From an uncultured Chitinophaga sp. (lineage in GTDB: Bacteria; Bacteroidota; Bacteroidia; Chitinophagales; Chitinophagaceae): a stretch of DNA of 64,000 bases. This document shows positions 1-10,274 of this stretch, piece after piece. The DNA lies in assembly GCA_964409055.1 (NCBI GenBank), contig CAYPBW010000001.1:9354-73353 (forward strand). The letters run 5' to 3'. The notes beneath the pieces are model-generated. The model saw only the letters and a program-made list of their open reading frames with translations, was not told the origin of the DNA and searched no databases. The translations under genes and the position numbers were made by a program. The first letter of the stretch is position 1, and each line of letters opens with the position of its first letter.

Positions 1-419
1 TAACCCTTTATAATAAGCTTGATGGCTCATTAAAGGTCAGTCAGATCTTTGGTAACACACTGGAAGCACTGGTGGGGGCCATTTACCTCGATCATGGCTA
101 CAAAAAAGCCAGCAAATGGGTATTTGAGCAGATCATTCAGCCGCATATGTTCATGGATGACCTGGAGAACCTGGAGATCAATCATAAAAACAAATTGTAC
201 GGATGGGCCAACAAAAATGGAAGAGTGCTTGAATTTGAAACACTGAATGAAAAATTAGAAAATGGCCGTCGCCTTTTCACGGTCGCAGCGGTTATTGATG
301 GAAAAAATGTGGCTGAAGGAAAGGCTTTCAATAAGAAAGATGCCTCACAAATTGCTGCACAGGTAGCCGTAGAAAAACTGGGTATCATTAATGCCGATTC
401 AGTGGGAGAAGAATATTGA
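1..419 (+). CDS. rnc: Ribonuclease III, C-terminal part (gene starts upstream of window)
   Basis: Frame 3 is open from base 3 to TGA 417-419. Translation contains ...NTLEALVGAIYLDHGY... followed by a dsRNA-binding-domain-like tail (NKLYGWANKNG...AAQVAVEKLG). Confidence 0.8.
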   Translation, partial: TLYNKLDGSLKVSQIFGNTLEALVGAIYLDHGYKKASKWVFEQIIQPHMFMDDLENLEINHKNKLYGWANKNGRVLEFETLNEKLENGRRLFTVAAVIDGKNVAEGKAFNKKDASQIAAQVAVEKLGIINADSVGEEY

Positions 420-445
420 TTGAAAAAAAAATTCAAATAAAGCAG

Positions 446-988
446 ATGAAAAAAAGGCTTTCGTTTTTAGTTGTCATACTGGTGCTGATTGCCTGTAATA
501 AGCCTGTTAAAGGTCCTAACGGGGTTACTTACAAAAGCGCTGTAGCTTATAACGATTATATCGTTGGCAGACAAAGTACCCTTATCAAAAAAGTATTAAA
601 GTTTGGGGAAGCTGCACAGCTAAACCTGGATTCTGCGGAAGCCCTGCTGAATATGTATGTTCCGGAAACTGAAAAAATGATCACAGAATTGAAGGGTATG
701 CCTGCCTGGAAAGGAGACACTGCTTTACGCAATGCAGCCGTAAAATCGTTTACTTTTTACAAAAGGGTTTTTGACCAGGACTACCGTCGCATTCTTGAGA
801 TCAGGAAAAATGAAAATGCAACTGATGATGATATAGTTGAAATGAATGATATTGTAGATAAGATCAGCAAAGAAGAAGAAAAATTTGATAAGGATTTTCA
901 CAACGCCCAAAAAGACTTTGCCCAAAAGAACAAGATGAAACTGATAGAGAATGACCTGCAGAAAAAGATCGACGAGGTAAAACAATGA
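446..988 (+). CDS. Hypothetical lipoprotein (180 aa)
   Basis: ATG at 446 gives MKKRLSFLVVILVLIAC with a lipobox Cys. The ORF-track start at 416 is a TTG overlapping the rnc stop. No recognisable family. Confidence 0.55.
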   Translation: MKKRLSFLVVILVLIACNKPVKGPNGVTYKSAVAYNDYIVGRQSTLIKKVLKFGEAAQLNLDSAEALLNMYVPETEKMITELKGMPAWKGDTALRNAAVKSFTFYKRVFDQDYRRILEIRKNENATDDDIVEMNDIVDKISKEEEKFDKDFHNAQKDFAQKNKMKLIENDLQKKIDEVKQ

Positions 989-1393
989 TCAATCCTTTCG
1001 TTCCATGCAAAGTTCGATAAGTACTCCGTTAGTGTGTTTGGGGTGAAGAAAACAAACCAGTTTATTGTCGGCTCCTTGTTTGGGTTTCTCATTTAATAAA
1101 ACAAAGCCCTCTTTTTTTAATCGCTCCATTTCGGTTTCTATATCTTCAACCGCAAAAGCAATATGGTGCATACCTTCTCCCTTTTTTTCGATGTATTTGG
1201 CAATTACACCATCAGGATCCGTGCTTTCCAGTAATTCAATTTTATTGGGGCCGTTTTGGAAAAAAGCAGTATTTACTTTTTCACTCTCCACCATTTCGGT
1301 TTTGTAACAGGGTGTATTCAGTATTTTCTCGAAAACCGGGATGGATATTTCAAGGCTTTTTACTGCGATGCCGATATGTTCTATTTTTTGCAT
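989..1393 (-). CDS. mce: Methylmalonyl-CoA epimerase (VOC/glyoxalase fold), 134 aa
   Basis: Internal ATG (cat 1391-1393) gives MQKIEHIGIAVKSLE...GMHHIAFAVEDIE...LIEL, typical of the epimerase. The upstream 64 codons of the ORF look non-coding. Confidence 0.8.
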   Translation of the reverse strand: MQKIEHIGIAVKSLEISIPVFEKILNTPCYKTEMVESEKVNTAFFQNGPNKIELLESTDPDGVIAKYIEKKGEGMHHIAFAVEDIETEMERLKKEGFVLLNEKPKQGADNKLVCFLHPKHTNGVLIELCMERKD

Positions 1394-1476
1394 GATTGAT
1401 GATTTGCTCTTCAAAGTTAGCCGCTTTGGTATTTCTATTATTATGACCGGTAAACAGACTTTTATCAGTTTTTCAC

Positions 1477-4449
1477 ATGATGGAAGTTGGTAGATTTGTA
1501 AACGATCAATCTGTATACCGGATGCTGCAGCAATTAAAACAACTGGAAAGAAATTTTGAAGGATTACTTTTTTATGATGACTCACCCATTCACCAGGCGC
1601 AGTTGAGAATTTATGCTACAGACGCATCGGTGTACCAGGAAATGCCGCTGGCTGTGGCCATTCCCAAAACAGTTACCGATATTCAAAAGCTAATAAGGTT
1701 TGCAACTGAAAATAAAACAACGCTAATCCCCAGGGCAGCGGGCACCTCATTGGCCGGACAGGTGGTTGGGAATGGTATTGTAGTAGATATTTCCAGGTAT
1801 TTCACTCATGTTCTCGAAGTCAATAAAGAGGAAAAATGGGTTAGGGTACAGCCCGGCGTCATCCGTGATGACCTGAACCATTACCTGAAACAGTTTGGGT
1901 TGATGTTTGGTCCTGAAACCTCCACCGCCAACAGGGCCATGATCGGTGGCATGCTCGGTAATAATTCCTGCGGATTGCACAGTATTGTCTGGGGCGCTGC
2001 AAGAGACCATGTGCTGGAGGTAAAAGCGATATTAAGTGATGGATCTGAGGTGACTTTCGGGAAAGATGATATCAGGGTAAATGGAAAGGATTCATTTAAG
2101 AGTAGCATTTACCATCAGCTTGATGCATTGTTGTCGGATGAAAAAAACCAGCAATTAATCCGGGATAAATTTCCGCAGGAAAAAGTACATCGGCGTAATA
2201 CAGGGTATGCACTGGACTATTTACTCAAAATGCAGCCTTATGATCCGCAAGGGGAACCATTCAACCTGTGTAAGCTTTTGGCAGGGTCAGAGGGTACATT
2301 GGCGTTTACTACGGAAATTAAGCTCAACCTGATTGATTTACCCCCAAAAGAAATTGCTGTTGTCTGTATTCACTGTAACAGCATTGTAGAAGCCATGCAT
2401 GCAAATATTGTGGCCTTAAAACATAAGCCCATGGCTGGTGAACTGGTGGATAAATACATTATGGACTTCACCATCGGTCACCCTGAGTATAATAAAAACC
2501 GGTTCTTTATTGAAGGCGACCCGGCTGCCATATTAATGGTAGAGTTTATGGAACATTGTCATGAGGCCGCAAAAGAAAAAGCAGAAAAATTAGTTGACGA
2601 CCTGAGGAAACAAGAATTAGGATTTGCCTGGCCGGTTTTGTACAACGAAAAAACAAAATATGCATGGGATGTGCGCAAAGCAGGATTAGGATTGCTGCGC
2701 AATATTAAAGGAGATGCGCAACCGGTGAACCTGATAGAAGATTGTGCTGTAACAACTGATGACTTACCAGCTTATGTCACTGAGCTGCAAAAGGTTTTGG
2801 ATAAACATGAAGTGAAGGCCTCATATTATGCCCATGCAGCAGCTGGCGAATTGCATGTTGAGCCGATCATTAATCTTAAATCCCCGGAAGGGTTAAAAAA
2901 ATTCAGGGACATACTGGCCGATACGGTACAACTGGTTAAAAAATACAACGGCTCCTTATCAGGCGAGCATGGTGATGGCAGGTTGCGGGGTGAATACATT
3001 GCCGAAGTGGTAGGTGAGGAGACTTACCGGCTTTTTGAAAAGGTCAAGAATATTTTCGATCCTTATCATGTTTTTAATGCCGGAAAAATTACGGCCACCC
3101 CGGCTATGGATACCCATTTAAGAGTGGAGCAAAAACCGGTTCAGCGAAAATTACAAACTACTTTCAGTTTTTCAGAGCAGGATGGTATTCTGCGGCTGGC
3201 AGAGAAATGCTCCGGTTCCGGCGATTGCCGCAAAATGCCTGTTTCAGGTGGCGTGATGTGTCCGAGTTATATGGCCACTCGTTTAGAAAAAGACACCACC
3301 AGGGCCAGGGCCAATATTCTCCGCCAGTTTTTAAGCAATGAATTGGATGATCAGCCCTTCAATCACAAAGAAATAAAAGAGATCATGGATCTCTGTTTGA
3401 GTTGTAAAGGATGCAAAACTGAATGCCCCTCAGCGGTGGATGTAGCCAAAATGAAAGCAGAGTTCCTGCAGCAGTACTATGACAAAAATGGAGTACCATT
3501 CCGGGCAAAGCTTATTGCAAATTTTAGTAAACAAATGAAACTTGTTTCAAAATTTCCCGGGGCATTCAACTGGTTTTACGGTGTTCCCTTTTTTAGGAGA
3601 ATGGCACATACAATGGTGGGATTTCATCCTGAACGGACGATGCCAAAACTGGCAAAGCAAACCTTGCTGGCCTGGTACAAAAAACGTCGAAAAATCAAAT
3701 TTCAAAATCCGGGTTCGAAATCTGTCTTCCTGTTTTGTGATGAATTCACCAACTACAATGATGCAGAAATTGGGAAAAAAACCATCCTGCTGTTAGAGGC
3801 ACTCGGCTATGAAGTGTTGATGCCGCAACATGTTGAAAGCGGAAGAACATACTTGTCCAAGGGGTTAGTAAAAAAAGCAAAAGATATTGCCAACAGGAAT
3901 ATTGAGTTGCTTTCAGGTATTATTTCATCTGAAACTCCTTTGATTGGAATTGAACCCAGTGGTATACTCACTTTCAGAGATGAGTATATAGATCTGGCAA
4001 ACGATACTAATTATGATAAAGCGAAAATATTAGCTGCAGCCGCATTCACCATCGAAGAATTTTTAGCAAATGAGTATAATGCAGGCAGGATTGACAGAAC
4101 ATTATTTACAACGGAATCCAAAAACATTCTCATACACGGACATTGTTACCAGAAAGCACTGTCGTCACAACAGTATATCAGCTCGTTTCTCCAAATACCT
4201 GTTAATTACAAAACCAGCCTGATCCCTTCCGGTTGTTGTGGGATGGCCGGCGGTTTTGGATATGAGAAAGAGCATTTTGCCATTTCACAGCAAGTGGGCG
4301 AATTGGTCTTGTTTCCCGCAGTGCGGGCAGCCGGCAAATCAGACATTATTGCTGCATCCGGCACATCCTGTCGTCACCAGGTAAAGGATGGAACAGGAAA
4401 GATGGCACTTCATCCTGTTGAAATACTTTTTGATGCTCTTTTGCCCTGA
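1477..4449 (+). CDS. FAD-linked oxidase fused to a 4Fe-4S / CCG-domain module (YdiJ-like, D-2-hydroxyacid dehydrogenase-type), 990 aa
   Basis: N-terminal FAD-binding PCMH-type region (PRAAGTSLAGQ), central CxxCxxCxxxCP ferredoxin motif (CLSCKGCKTECP), and a C-terminal Cys-rich GlcF/HdrD-like part. Confidence 0.8.
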   Translation: MMEVGRFVNDQSVYRMLQQLKQLERNFEGLLFYDDSPIHQAQLRIYATDASVYQEMPLAVAIPKTVTDIQKLIRFATENKTTLIPRAAGTSLAGQVVGNGIVVDISRYFTHVLEVNKEEKWVRVQPGVIRDDLNHYLKQFGLMFGPETSTANRAMIGGMLGNNSCGLHSIVWGAARDHVLEVKAILSDGSEVTFGKDDIRVNGKDSFKSSIYHQLDALLSDEKNQQLIRDKFPQEKVHRRNTGYALDYLLKMQPYDPQGEPFNLCKLLAGSEGTLAFTTEIKLNLIDLPPKEIAVVCIHCNSIVEAMHANIVALKHKPMAGELVDKYIMDFTIGHPEYNKNRFFIEGDPAAILMVEFMEHCHEAAKEKAEKLVDDLRKQELGFAWPVLYNEKTKYAWDVRKAGLGLLRNIKGDAQPVNLIEDCAVTTDDLPAYVTELQKVLDKHEVKASYYAHAAAGELHVEPIINLKSPEGLKKFRDILADTVQLVKKYNGSLSGEHGDGRLRGEYIAEVVGEETYRLFEKVKNIFDPYHVFNAGKITATPAMDTHLRVEQKPVQRKLQTTFSFSEQDGILRLAEKCSGSGDCRKMPVSGGVMCPSYMATRLEKDTTRARANILRQFLSNELDDQPFNHKEIKEIMDLCLSCKGCKTECPSAVDVAKMKAEFLQQYYDKNGVPFRAKLIANFSKQMKLVSKFPGAFNWFYGVPFFRRMAHTMVGFHPERTMPKLAKQTLLAWYKKRRKIKFQNPGSKSVFLFCDEFTNYNDAEIGKKTILLLEALGYEVLMPQHVESGRTYLSKGLVKKAKDIANRNIELLSGIISSETPLIGIEPSGILTFRDEYIDLANDTNYDKAKILAAAAFTIEEFLANEYNAGRIDRTLFTTESKNILIHGHCYQKALSSQQYISSFLQIPVNYKTSLIPSGCCGMAGGFGYEKEHFAISQQVGELVLFPAVRAAGKSDIIAASGTSCRHQVKDGTGKMALHPVEILFDALLP

Positions 4450-4537
4450 TTTTCATGACAGCTACTTATGCCTTTTCGAAATCCGAAAATTCAAGCTTCG
4501 GCGCAGCTTTAATCGTTTCTTTTAGAACCTTTTGAGG

Positions 4538-4545
4538 TACTTTTG
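4538..4545 (+). promoter_or_regulatory. Bacteroidetes -7 promoter element upstream of iscS
   Basis: TACTTTTG matches TAnnTTTG exactly, 37 nt before the iscS ATG. Confidence 0.4.
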
Positions 4546-4581
4546 TGTTGTTGTAGAAACTAATATTTTACCCTTTATTTT

Positions 4582-5799
4582 ATGTTGCAATTACCCGTTT
4601 ATTTAGATCATAATGCCACAACTCCCTGTGACCCAAGGGTTGTGGAAGCCATGATACCGTATTTCACCCAAAATTTTGGAAATGCAGCCAGCCGCAATCA
4701 CCCCTTTGGCTGGCAGGCAGAGGAAGCTGTGGACTATGCCAGAGAGCAGGTGGCCAAATTGGTTGGAGCCGATCCCAAGGAGATCATTTTCACTTCCGGT
4801 GCTACAGAAGGTGACAACCTGGCTATCAAAGGTGTATTTGAAATGTATGCCAGCAAGGGCAATCATATCATTACCTGCAATATCGAGCACAAAGCTGTGC
4901 TGGATACCTGCAAGCATATTGAAAAAGAAGGCGGAGAGGTAACCTACCTGAAAGTGAAACCTAATGGTTTGATTGACCTGGCCGAACTGGAAGCAGCTAT
5001 AAAACCTACCACTATTCTCATCGCTATCATGTACGCCAATAATGAAATTGGTACAGTGAACCCGGTGAAAGAGATCAGCGCTATTGCTAAAAAGCATGGA
5101 GTGCTTTTCTTCAGTGATGCGGTGCAGGCTGTCGGTAAGATTCCGGTGGATGTTAATAAAGACGGGATTGACCTGATGTCTTTTACAGCTCACAAAATGT
5201 ATGGTCCAAAAGGTGTTGGTGCTTTATATGTTCGCCGTAAGAATCCAAGGGTTAAAGTAACTGCCCAGATGGATGGTGGTGGCCATGAAAGAGGTATGAG
5301 AAGTGGTACACTGAATGTACCGGGTATAGTAGGCTTTGGTAAAGCCTGTGAGTTGGCCATGAATGAAATGCAGCAGGATGCAGAACGCCTTAGCAAACTC
5401 AGGAATAAATTAGAAAATGCTTTACTAAGTATTGAAGAGGCCTACCTGAACGGGGATAAAGAACACCGTTTGCCCCATGTATCCAATATCTCTTTCAAAT
5501 ATGTGGAAGGAGAAGGTTTGCTGATGGGCTTCAATAAAAATATTGCTTTGTCATCCGGCTCTGCTTGTACTTCTGCTTCATTGGAGCCGTCCTATGTGCT
5601 TAAAGCATTGGGTTTGGGCGATGATCTGGCACACAGTTCGCTGCGATTTGGTCTTGGGCGTTTCACTACAGAAGAGCAGATTGACTATACCATTGAGCAG
5701 GTAACAAATACAGTGAATAAACTGAGAGATATGAGTCCGCTTTGGGAAATGTATAAGGAGGGAATAGACTTGAATACCATTGAGTGGGCACATCATTAA
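4582..5799 (+). CDS. iscS: Cysteine desulfurase IscS
   Basis: 405 aa with PLP-lysine context ([11 protein letters not shown]), the SSGSACTS active-site loop and the C-terminal IEWAHH typical of IscS. Confidence 0.9.
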   Translation: MLQLPVYLDHNATTPCDPRVVEAMIPYFTQNFGNAASRNHPFGWQAEEAVDYAREQVAKLVGADPKEIIFTSGATEGDNLAIKGVFEMYASKGNHIITCNIEHKAVLDTCKHIEKEGGEVTYLKVKPNGLIDLAELEAAIKPTTILIAIMYANNEIGTVNPVKEISAIAKKHGVLFFSDAVQAVGKIPVDVNKDGIDLMSFTAHKMYGPKGVGALYVRRKNPRVKVTAQMDGGGHERGMRSGTLNVPGIVGFGKACELAMNEMQQDAERLSKLRNKLENALLSIEEAYLNGDKEHRLPHVSNISFKYVEGEGLLMGFNKNIALSSGSACTSASLEPSYVLKALGLGDDLAHSSLRFGLGRFTTEEQIDYTIEQVTNTVNKLRDMSPLWEMYKEGIDLNTIEWAHH

Positions 5800-5831
5800 A
5801 CATCCATTAATTAAAACAAAAACTAATAGTC

Positions 5832-6251
5832 ATGGCATATAGTGAAAAAGTAATCGATCACTACCAGAACCCCAAGAATGTGGGAACCCTGGACAAAAGC
5901 AAAAACAATGTGGGAACCGGCCTGGTGGGTGCCCCGGAATGCGGTGATGTAATGCGCCTGCAAATCGAGGTAGATGAAGCTACCGGTGTCATTAAAGATG
6001 CCAAATTCAAAACGTTTGGCTGTGGTTCCGCTATCGCCTCTTCTTCACTGGCTACTGAGTGGCTCAAAGGCAAATCGGTAGATGATGCGGTGAAGATCGA
6101 TAACATGACCATTGTAGAAGAACTGAACCTGCCCCCGGTAAAGATCCACTGTTCTGTACTGGCAGAAGATGCTATCAAGGCAGCGGTAAATGATTACCGT
6201 AAAAAGAATGGTTTACCTGAATTGAAATTTGAAGAAAGCGTAGTTCATTAA
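5832..6251 (+). CDS. iscU: Fe-S cluster scaffold IscU
   Basis: 139 aa containing GAPECGDVM, FGCGSAIASSS and HCSVLAEDA (three cluster Cys). Confidence 0.9.
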   Translation: MAYSEKVIDHYQNPKNVGTLDKSKNNVGTGLVGAPECGDVMRLQIEVDEATGVIKDAKFKTFGCGSAIASSSLATEWLKGKSVDDAVKIDNMTIVEELNLPPVKIHCSVLAEDAIKAAVNDYRKKNGLPELKFEESVVH

Positions 6252-6252
6252 T

Positions 6253-6606
6253 ATGAGTGTATCGTTGGATAATGCGATTTACGTAAGTGATAAGGCAAAG
6301 GACAAGGTCAAACAATTGCTGGCGGATGCCGGGGTTGCAGATGATCCATCCTACTTCCTGCGGGTAAGTGTGGTGGGCGGTGGCTGCTCCGGACTTAGCT
6401 ACAAACTTGACTTTGATAATGAACAGAAACCCATGGACCAGGTATTTGAAGATAATGGAGTGAAAGTAGTGACCGACCTAAAGAGTTTTTTATACCTGGT
6501 TAATACTACGCTGGATTTCTCAGACGGATTAAACGGGAAAGGCTTTTATTTCAGTAATCCTAATGCCAGCCGCACCTGCGGATGTGGCGAGAGTTTTGCG
6601 GTTTAG
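6253..6606 (+). CDS. iscA: Fe-S cluster insertion protein IscA/HesB family
   Basis: 117 aa with GGGCSG and a C-terminal CGCGESF motif. Confidence 0.85.
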   Translation: MSVSLDNAIYVSDKAKDKVKQLLADAGVADDPSYFLRVSVVGGGCSGLSYKLDFDNEQKPMDQVFEDNGVKVVTDLKSFLYLVNTTLDFSDGLNGKGFYFSNPNASRTCGCGESFAV

Positions 6607-6630
6607 ACACAGGTTAAAAAGTAAAAGGTA

Positions 6631-6661
6631 AGAGGTTGACAAGCTTTAGTTGTCAGCCTCT
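6631..6661 (+). terminator. Rho-independent terminator after iscA
   Basis: agaggttgacaa / ttgtcagcctct form a 12-bp stem (1 mismatch) with a 7-nt loop, followed by ttttcattt. Confidence 0.6.
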
Positions 6662-6750
6662 TTTCATTTCGTAACGGTAGCTATCAGTTTTAAAGTTAAA
6701 CTGCCTTGCATATCTCTCAACTTGTCAACTTTTAAACTATTTTGCAGCCC

Positions 6751-7470
6751 ATGTGGCCAGTTTGTAAAAAGGAACTCCGGCAGTTTTTCAGCAGCCTTAC
6801 CGGCTATATTGCCATTATTGTATTTCTGCTGGTCAACGGACTCGTACTTTTTGTGTTTGAAGATAATATCCTCGACTTTGGCTATGCCACACTTGACCGA
6901 TTTTTCCAGTTATCCCCGTGGATCATGCTTTTGCTGATCCCGGCCATAACAATGCGCAGCTTTGCTGAAGAATTTAAGACAGGAACTTTTGAAATTCTCC
7001 AAACCAGGCCTCTCAGCCGCTGGCAGGTGGTGGGAGGTAAATACCTGGGCTCATTGATAGTCGTTTTCATAGCCCTCCTTCCTACTATTGTTTATATTTT
7101 TACTATACAGCAGCTTTCTTCCAACCAGGGATTGGATATCGGCGCAACCATTGGTTCTTATATCGGCTTATTTTTCCTCGCTGCTGTATTTACTGCAATA
7201 AGTGTTTGCAGCAGCAGTTTTACCAATAATGCTGTGGTAGCTTTTATCATAAGTTTGATAGGCTGTGCATTGTTGTATTATGGATTTAGTGCTATCAGCA
7301 AATTGCCGGCACTGGCCAATGGCCCTGATTATTATGTAGAAATGCTGGGAATAGATTTTCATTACCGCAGTATCAGCCGCGGATTGATTGATACAAGAGA
7401 TATAGTGTATTTTCTGAGTGTGATCTTTTTGTTTCTTGCCATCACGAACCGAAACCTGCTGAAAAGATAA
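6751..7470 (+). CDS. gldF: Gliding-motility ABC transporter permease GldF
   Basis: ATG at 6751 gives MWPVCKKELRQFFSSLTGY, an ABC-2 type permease with about 6 TM segments, directly followed by gldG. Confidence 0.75.
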   Translation: MWPVCKKELRQFFSSLTGYIAIIVFLLVNGLVLFVFEDNILDFGYATLDRFFQLSPWIMLLLIPAITMRSFAEEFKTGTFEILQTRPLSRWQVVGGKYLGSLIVVFIALLPTIVYIFTIQQLSSNQGLDIGATIGSYIGLFFLAAVFTAISVCSSSFTNNAVVAFIISLIGCALLYYGFSAISKLPALANGPDYYVEMLGIDFHYRSISRGLIDTRDIVYFLSVIFLFLAITNRNLLKR

Positions 7471-7473
7471 TCT

Positions 7474-9213
7474 ATGAGAATCATCAATAAACTCTTTACT
7501 TCAAAAGCCTGGTGGATCTGGTTGCTGCTGGTACTTTTTCTTATTAATTATGCGGCCTCGGTTTTCCATGCTCGTTTAGACCTTACTAAAGAAAAGCGGT
7601 ATACACTCAGTAAGGCGACCAGGGATTTGCTGAAAAACCTGGAGGATGATGTGCAGATTGATGTTTTTTTAAAAGGACAGTTTCCGGCAGGGTTTAAGAA
7701 ACTGGCCAATAGTACTAATGAGTTTTTGCAGTTAATGAAGGACAGGAATGGCTCAAAACTCCATTACAGGTTTATTTCTCCCCAGGAAGAAATTGCGGGA
7801 AGCCCGGGTAAAACTTATGAGGATACATTAATAGGATTAGGTGCCAATGCCATTAACCTTACTGTTCAGGTTGCCGAAGGACAGGAAAATAAGAGGGTTT
7901 ATCCTGTTGCTTTAATGCGCTATAAGGACAGGCAAACTTTAGTTAATCTATACTCCGGGGGTAAAAGAATGATTACTCCCGTTGAAATGAACAGCGCTGA
8001 AGCATTAATGGAATACCAGTTTGCAAAGGCACTTGATGGATTGATAACGACTGAGAAACCACATGTGGCTTATTCAATTGGAAATGGTGAACCGGTTGAT
8101 GCAAATACTTATGGTATTCAGGATGCACTGAAAAATGATTACCAGCTTGGTATTTTTGATCTCAATAAGCACAGTAAAATATCTACAGACATCAATGATA
8201 AGAGCAGGATTGATGTATTTATGATCGTCAAGCCAACCCTTCAGTTTACGGAGGAGGAGAAGCTTAAAATTGATCAATACCTGATGAGAGGAGGAAAGCT
8301 CCTGATGTTCATTGACAACCTGATAGCGGAGCAGGATAGTCTCAGTGCTGTAAAAGAAACAGTTGCTTTTGACCGTAACCTGAATCTTACTGATCAATTG
8401 TTCCGTTATGGTGTTCGAATCAATACAGATCTTGTAATGGATCTGCAGTGTGATTATATGCCATTTGTAGTAGGCGGTGATATGCAGAATCCCCAATTTG
8501 AATTTTTGAAGTGGAACTACTATCCATTATTTGAGTCAAAAGGTAATCATACTATTAATAAGAATATTGGCCTCGTTTCAGGCCGGTTTGTGAATTCCGT
8601 TGATACCATTGCCTCGCCGGGAGTAAATAAAACAGTTCTCCTTTCCAGTTCTGCTGACTCACGGATCATCAGTACTCCAGCCCTGATCAGTTTGAATGAG
8701 AACAAAAATGTTCCAAAGGATAGCAAGTTTAATAAAAGCAATATTCCTGTGGCCATGCTGCTGGAGGGCAAATTCACCTCTTTATACCGCAACAGAGCTT
8801 CCCGTTCCCAACTGGACAGCATTGCAGCTACCGGCAGTAATTTTTTAGCAGAGGGTAATGGAAACGGAAAGATCATTGTTGTAGCTGATGGTGATATGGT
8901 GCTTAACGATGTATCTCCAAAGGAAGGGCCGTTGCCTATGGGCCTCAATTTTTACACAGTAGGCTCCCAATTTGAATACCAGTTCGCCAACCGTGAGTTT
9001 TTGCTGAACTGCCTGGAATACCTGGTGAATAAACCTGGTATTATTGAAACAAGAAACAAAGACATAGTACTGCGTTTGTTGGACGGACAAAAAGTAAAGG
9101 AACAAAAAACCGCCTGGCAGTTTATCAATATTGCCTTGCCGGTAGTGTTGGTCATCTTATTTGGCTGGTTATACCAGGGCGTAAGAAAAAGAAAATATGC
9201 TGGCGTTTTTTAA
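7474..9213 (+). CDS. gldG: Gliding-motility-associated ABC transporter protein GldG
   Basis: 579 aa with an N- and a C-terminal TM anchor and a large periplasmic domain. Its position after gldF is as in Flavobacterium. Confidence 0.75.
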   Translation: MRIINKLFTSKAWWIWLLLVLFLINYAASVFHARLDLTKEKRYTLSKATRDLLKNLEDDVQIDVFLKGQFPAGFKKLANSTNEFLQLMKDRNGSKLHYRFISPQEEIAGSPGKTYEDTLIGLGANAINLTVQVAEGQENKRVYPVALMRYKDRQTLVNLYSGGKRMITPVEMNSAEALMEYQFAKALDGLITTEKPHVAYSIGNGEPVDANTYGIQDALKNDYQLGIFDLNKHSKISTDINDKSRIDVFMIVKPTLQFTEEEKLKIDQYLMRGGKLLMFIDNLIAEQDSLSAVKETVAFDRNLNLTDQLFRYGVRINTDLVMDLQCDYMPFVVGGDMQNPQFEFLKWNYYPLFESKGNHTINKNIGLVSGRFVNSVDTIASPGVNKTVLLSSSADSRIISTPALISLNENKNVPKDSKFNKSNIPVAMLLEGKFTSLYRNRASRSQLDSIAATGSNFLAEGNGNGKIIVVADGDMVLNDVSPKEGPLPMGLNFYTVGSQFEYQFANREFLLNCLEYLVNKPGIIETRNKDIVLRLLDGQKVKEQKTAWQFINIALPVVLVILFGWLYQGVRKRKYAGVF

Positions 9214-9263
9214 TTCAGATTACGGGGCAGTATCTCTGAATCTGAATCAGGTTCCCACTAACT

Positions 9264-9271
9264 TATCTTTG
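9264..9271 (+). promoter_or_regulatory. -7 promoter element upstream of terC
   Basis: TATCTTTG (TAnnTTTG) lies 21 nt before ATG 9292. Confidence 0.4.
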
Positions 9272-9291
9272 CACATCATTAATATACATAC

Positions 9292-10266
9292 ATGACAAAG
9301 GAACAAGTAGAGTATCTCGTATTTGGTATTGTACTGGTACTGGCATTGGTTTTTGATTTGGGACTTCTGAGCAAGAAAAACCAAAAGATCACTATCCGGC
9401 AGGCATTGTATCAAACCTTTTTTTGGGTAGGGCTGGCGCTTGCCTTTTTTGTTTTCATGTGGATCGAAGAAGGTGAGCGGCTGGCCTTGGAATACCTGAG
9501 CGGCTACCTGATGGAGTGGAGCCTAAGTATTGACAACATCTTTGTTTTTATACTCATCTTTTCTGCTTTTTCGGTTAAAGAAAAATATTATGGCCGTGTA
9601 CTCTTAATCGGTATCCTGATGGCAATCATCTTCAGGGTGATATTCATTACTGTAGGAGTGGCACTGGTCGAAAAATTCCATTGGATATTGTATGTGTTTG
9701 GTGTATTCCTTGTTTTTACCGGTTACAAAATGTTCACGGCTTCAGATGATGAGGAGTTTAATCCCCAGGAAAGCAAGATATACCGGTTCATGAAAAAATT
9801 CCTGCCCCTGGTACCGCACGATGGCAACGGGAAATACAGGGTAATGGTAAATGGAAAACCAGCTTATACGACACTGTTTGTTGTAGTGATCATGCTGGCA
9901 GCAATTGATCTTGTTTTTGCATTGGATTCCATACCGGCAGTGATGGGTATATCAAGAGATAAACTGGTGATTTATACTTCCAACATCTTTGCTGTGCTGG
10001 GCCTGCGTTCACTCTTCTTCCTGCTCAGGGGGGCTGTCAGCAAGTTTGACTACCTGCAGCAGGGAATTGCAATTGTGTTGGTGTTTATTGGTTGCAAAAT
10101 GCTGGGTGAACATTGGATCAACCAGTGGGTAAACAAACAGATACAGGTAATCATTTCACTGGGTGTGATTATGGTTTGCATATCCGGTTCAATTTTCTAT
10201 TCCATCTTTATGCAGAAAAAAGGTGAACCTGAAGATGTGACTGATGAAAGCCAGTCACCGGGATAA
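9292..10266 (+). CDS. TerC family integral membrane protein
   Basis: 324 aa, multi-TM, with typical TerC blocks (EWSLSIDNIFVF, ALDSIPAV). Confidence 0.85.
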   Translation: MTKEQVEYLVFGIVLVLALVFDLGLLSKKNQKITIRQALYQTFFWVGLALAFFVFMWIEEGERLALEYLSGYLMEWSLSIDNIFVFILIFSAFSVKEKYYGRVLLIGILMAIIFRVIFITVGVALVEKFHWILYVFGVFLVFTGYKMFTASDDEEFNPQESKIYRFMKKFLPLVPHDGNGKYRVMVNGKPAYTTLFVVVIMLAAIDLVFALDSIPAVMGISRDKLVIYTSNIFAVLGLRSLFFLLRGAVSKFDYLQQGIAIVLVFIGCKMLGEHWINQWVNKQIQVIISLGVIMVCISGSIFYSIFMQKKGEPEDVTDESQSPG

Positions 10267-10274
10267 TTCGTTTT

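Noticed and set aside
9214-9291. Possible yybP-ykoY (Mn) riboswitch upstream of the TerC-family gene.
   Set aside because: Only 78 nt of intergenic sequence are available, and they contain a -7 promoter element 21 nt before the ATG. That is too short for the four-helix riboswitch, and no conserved motif was recognised.
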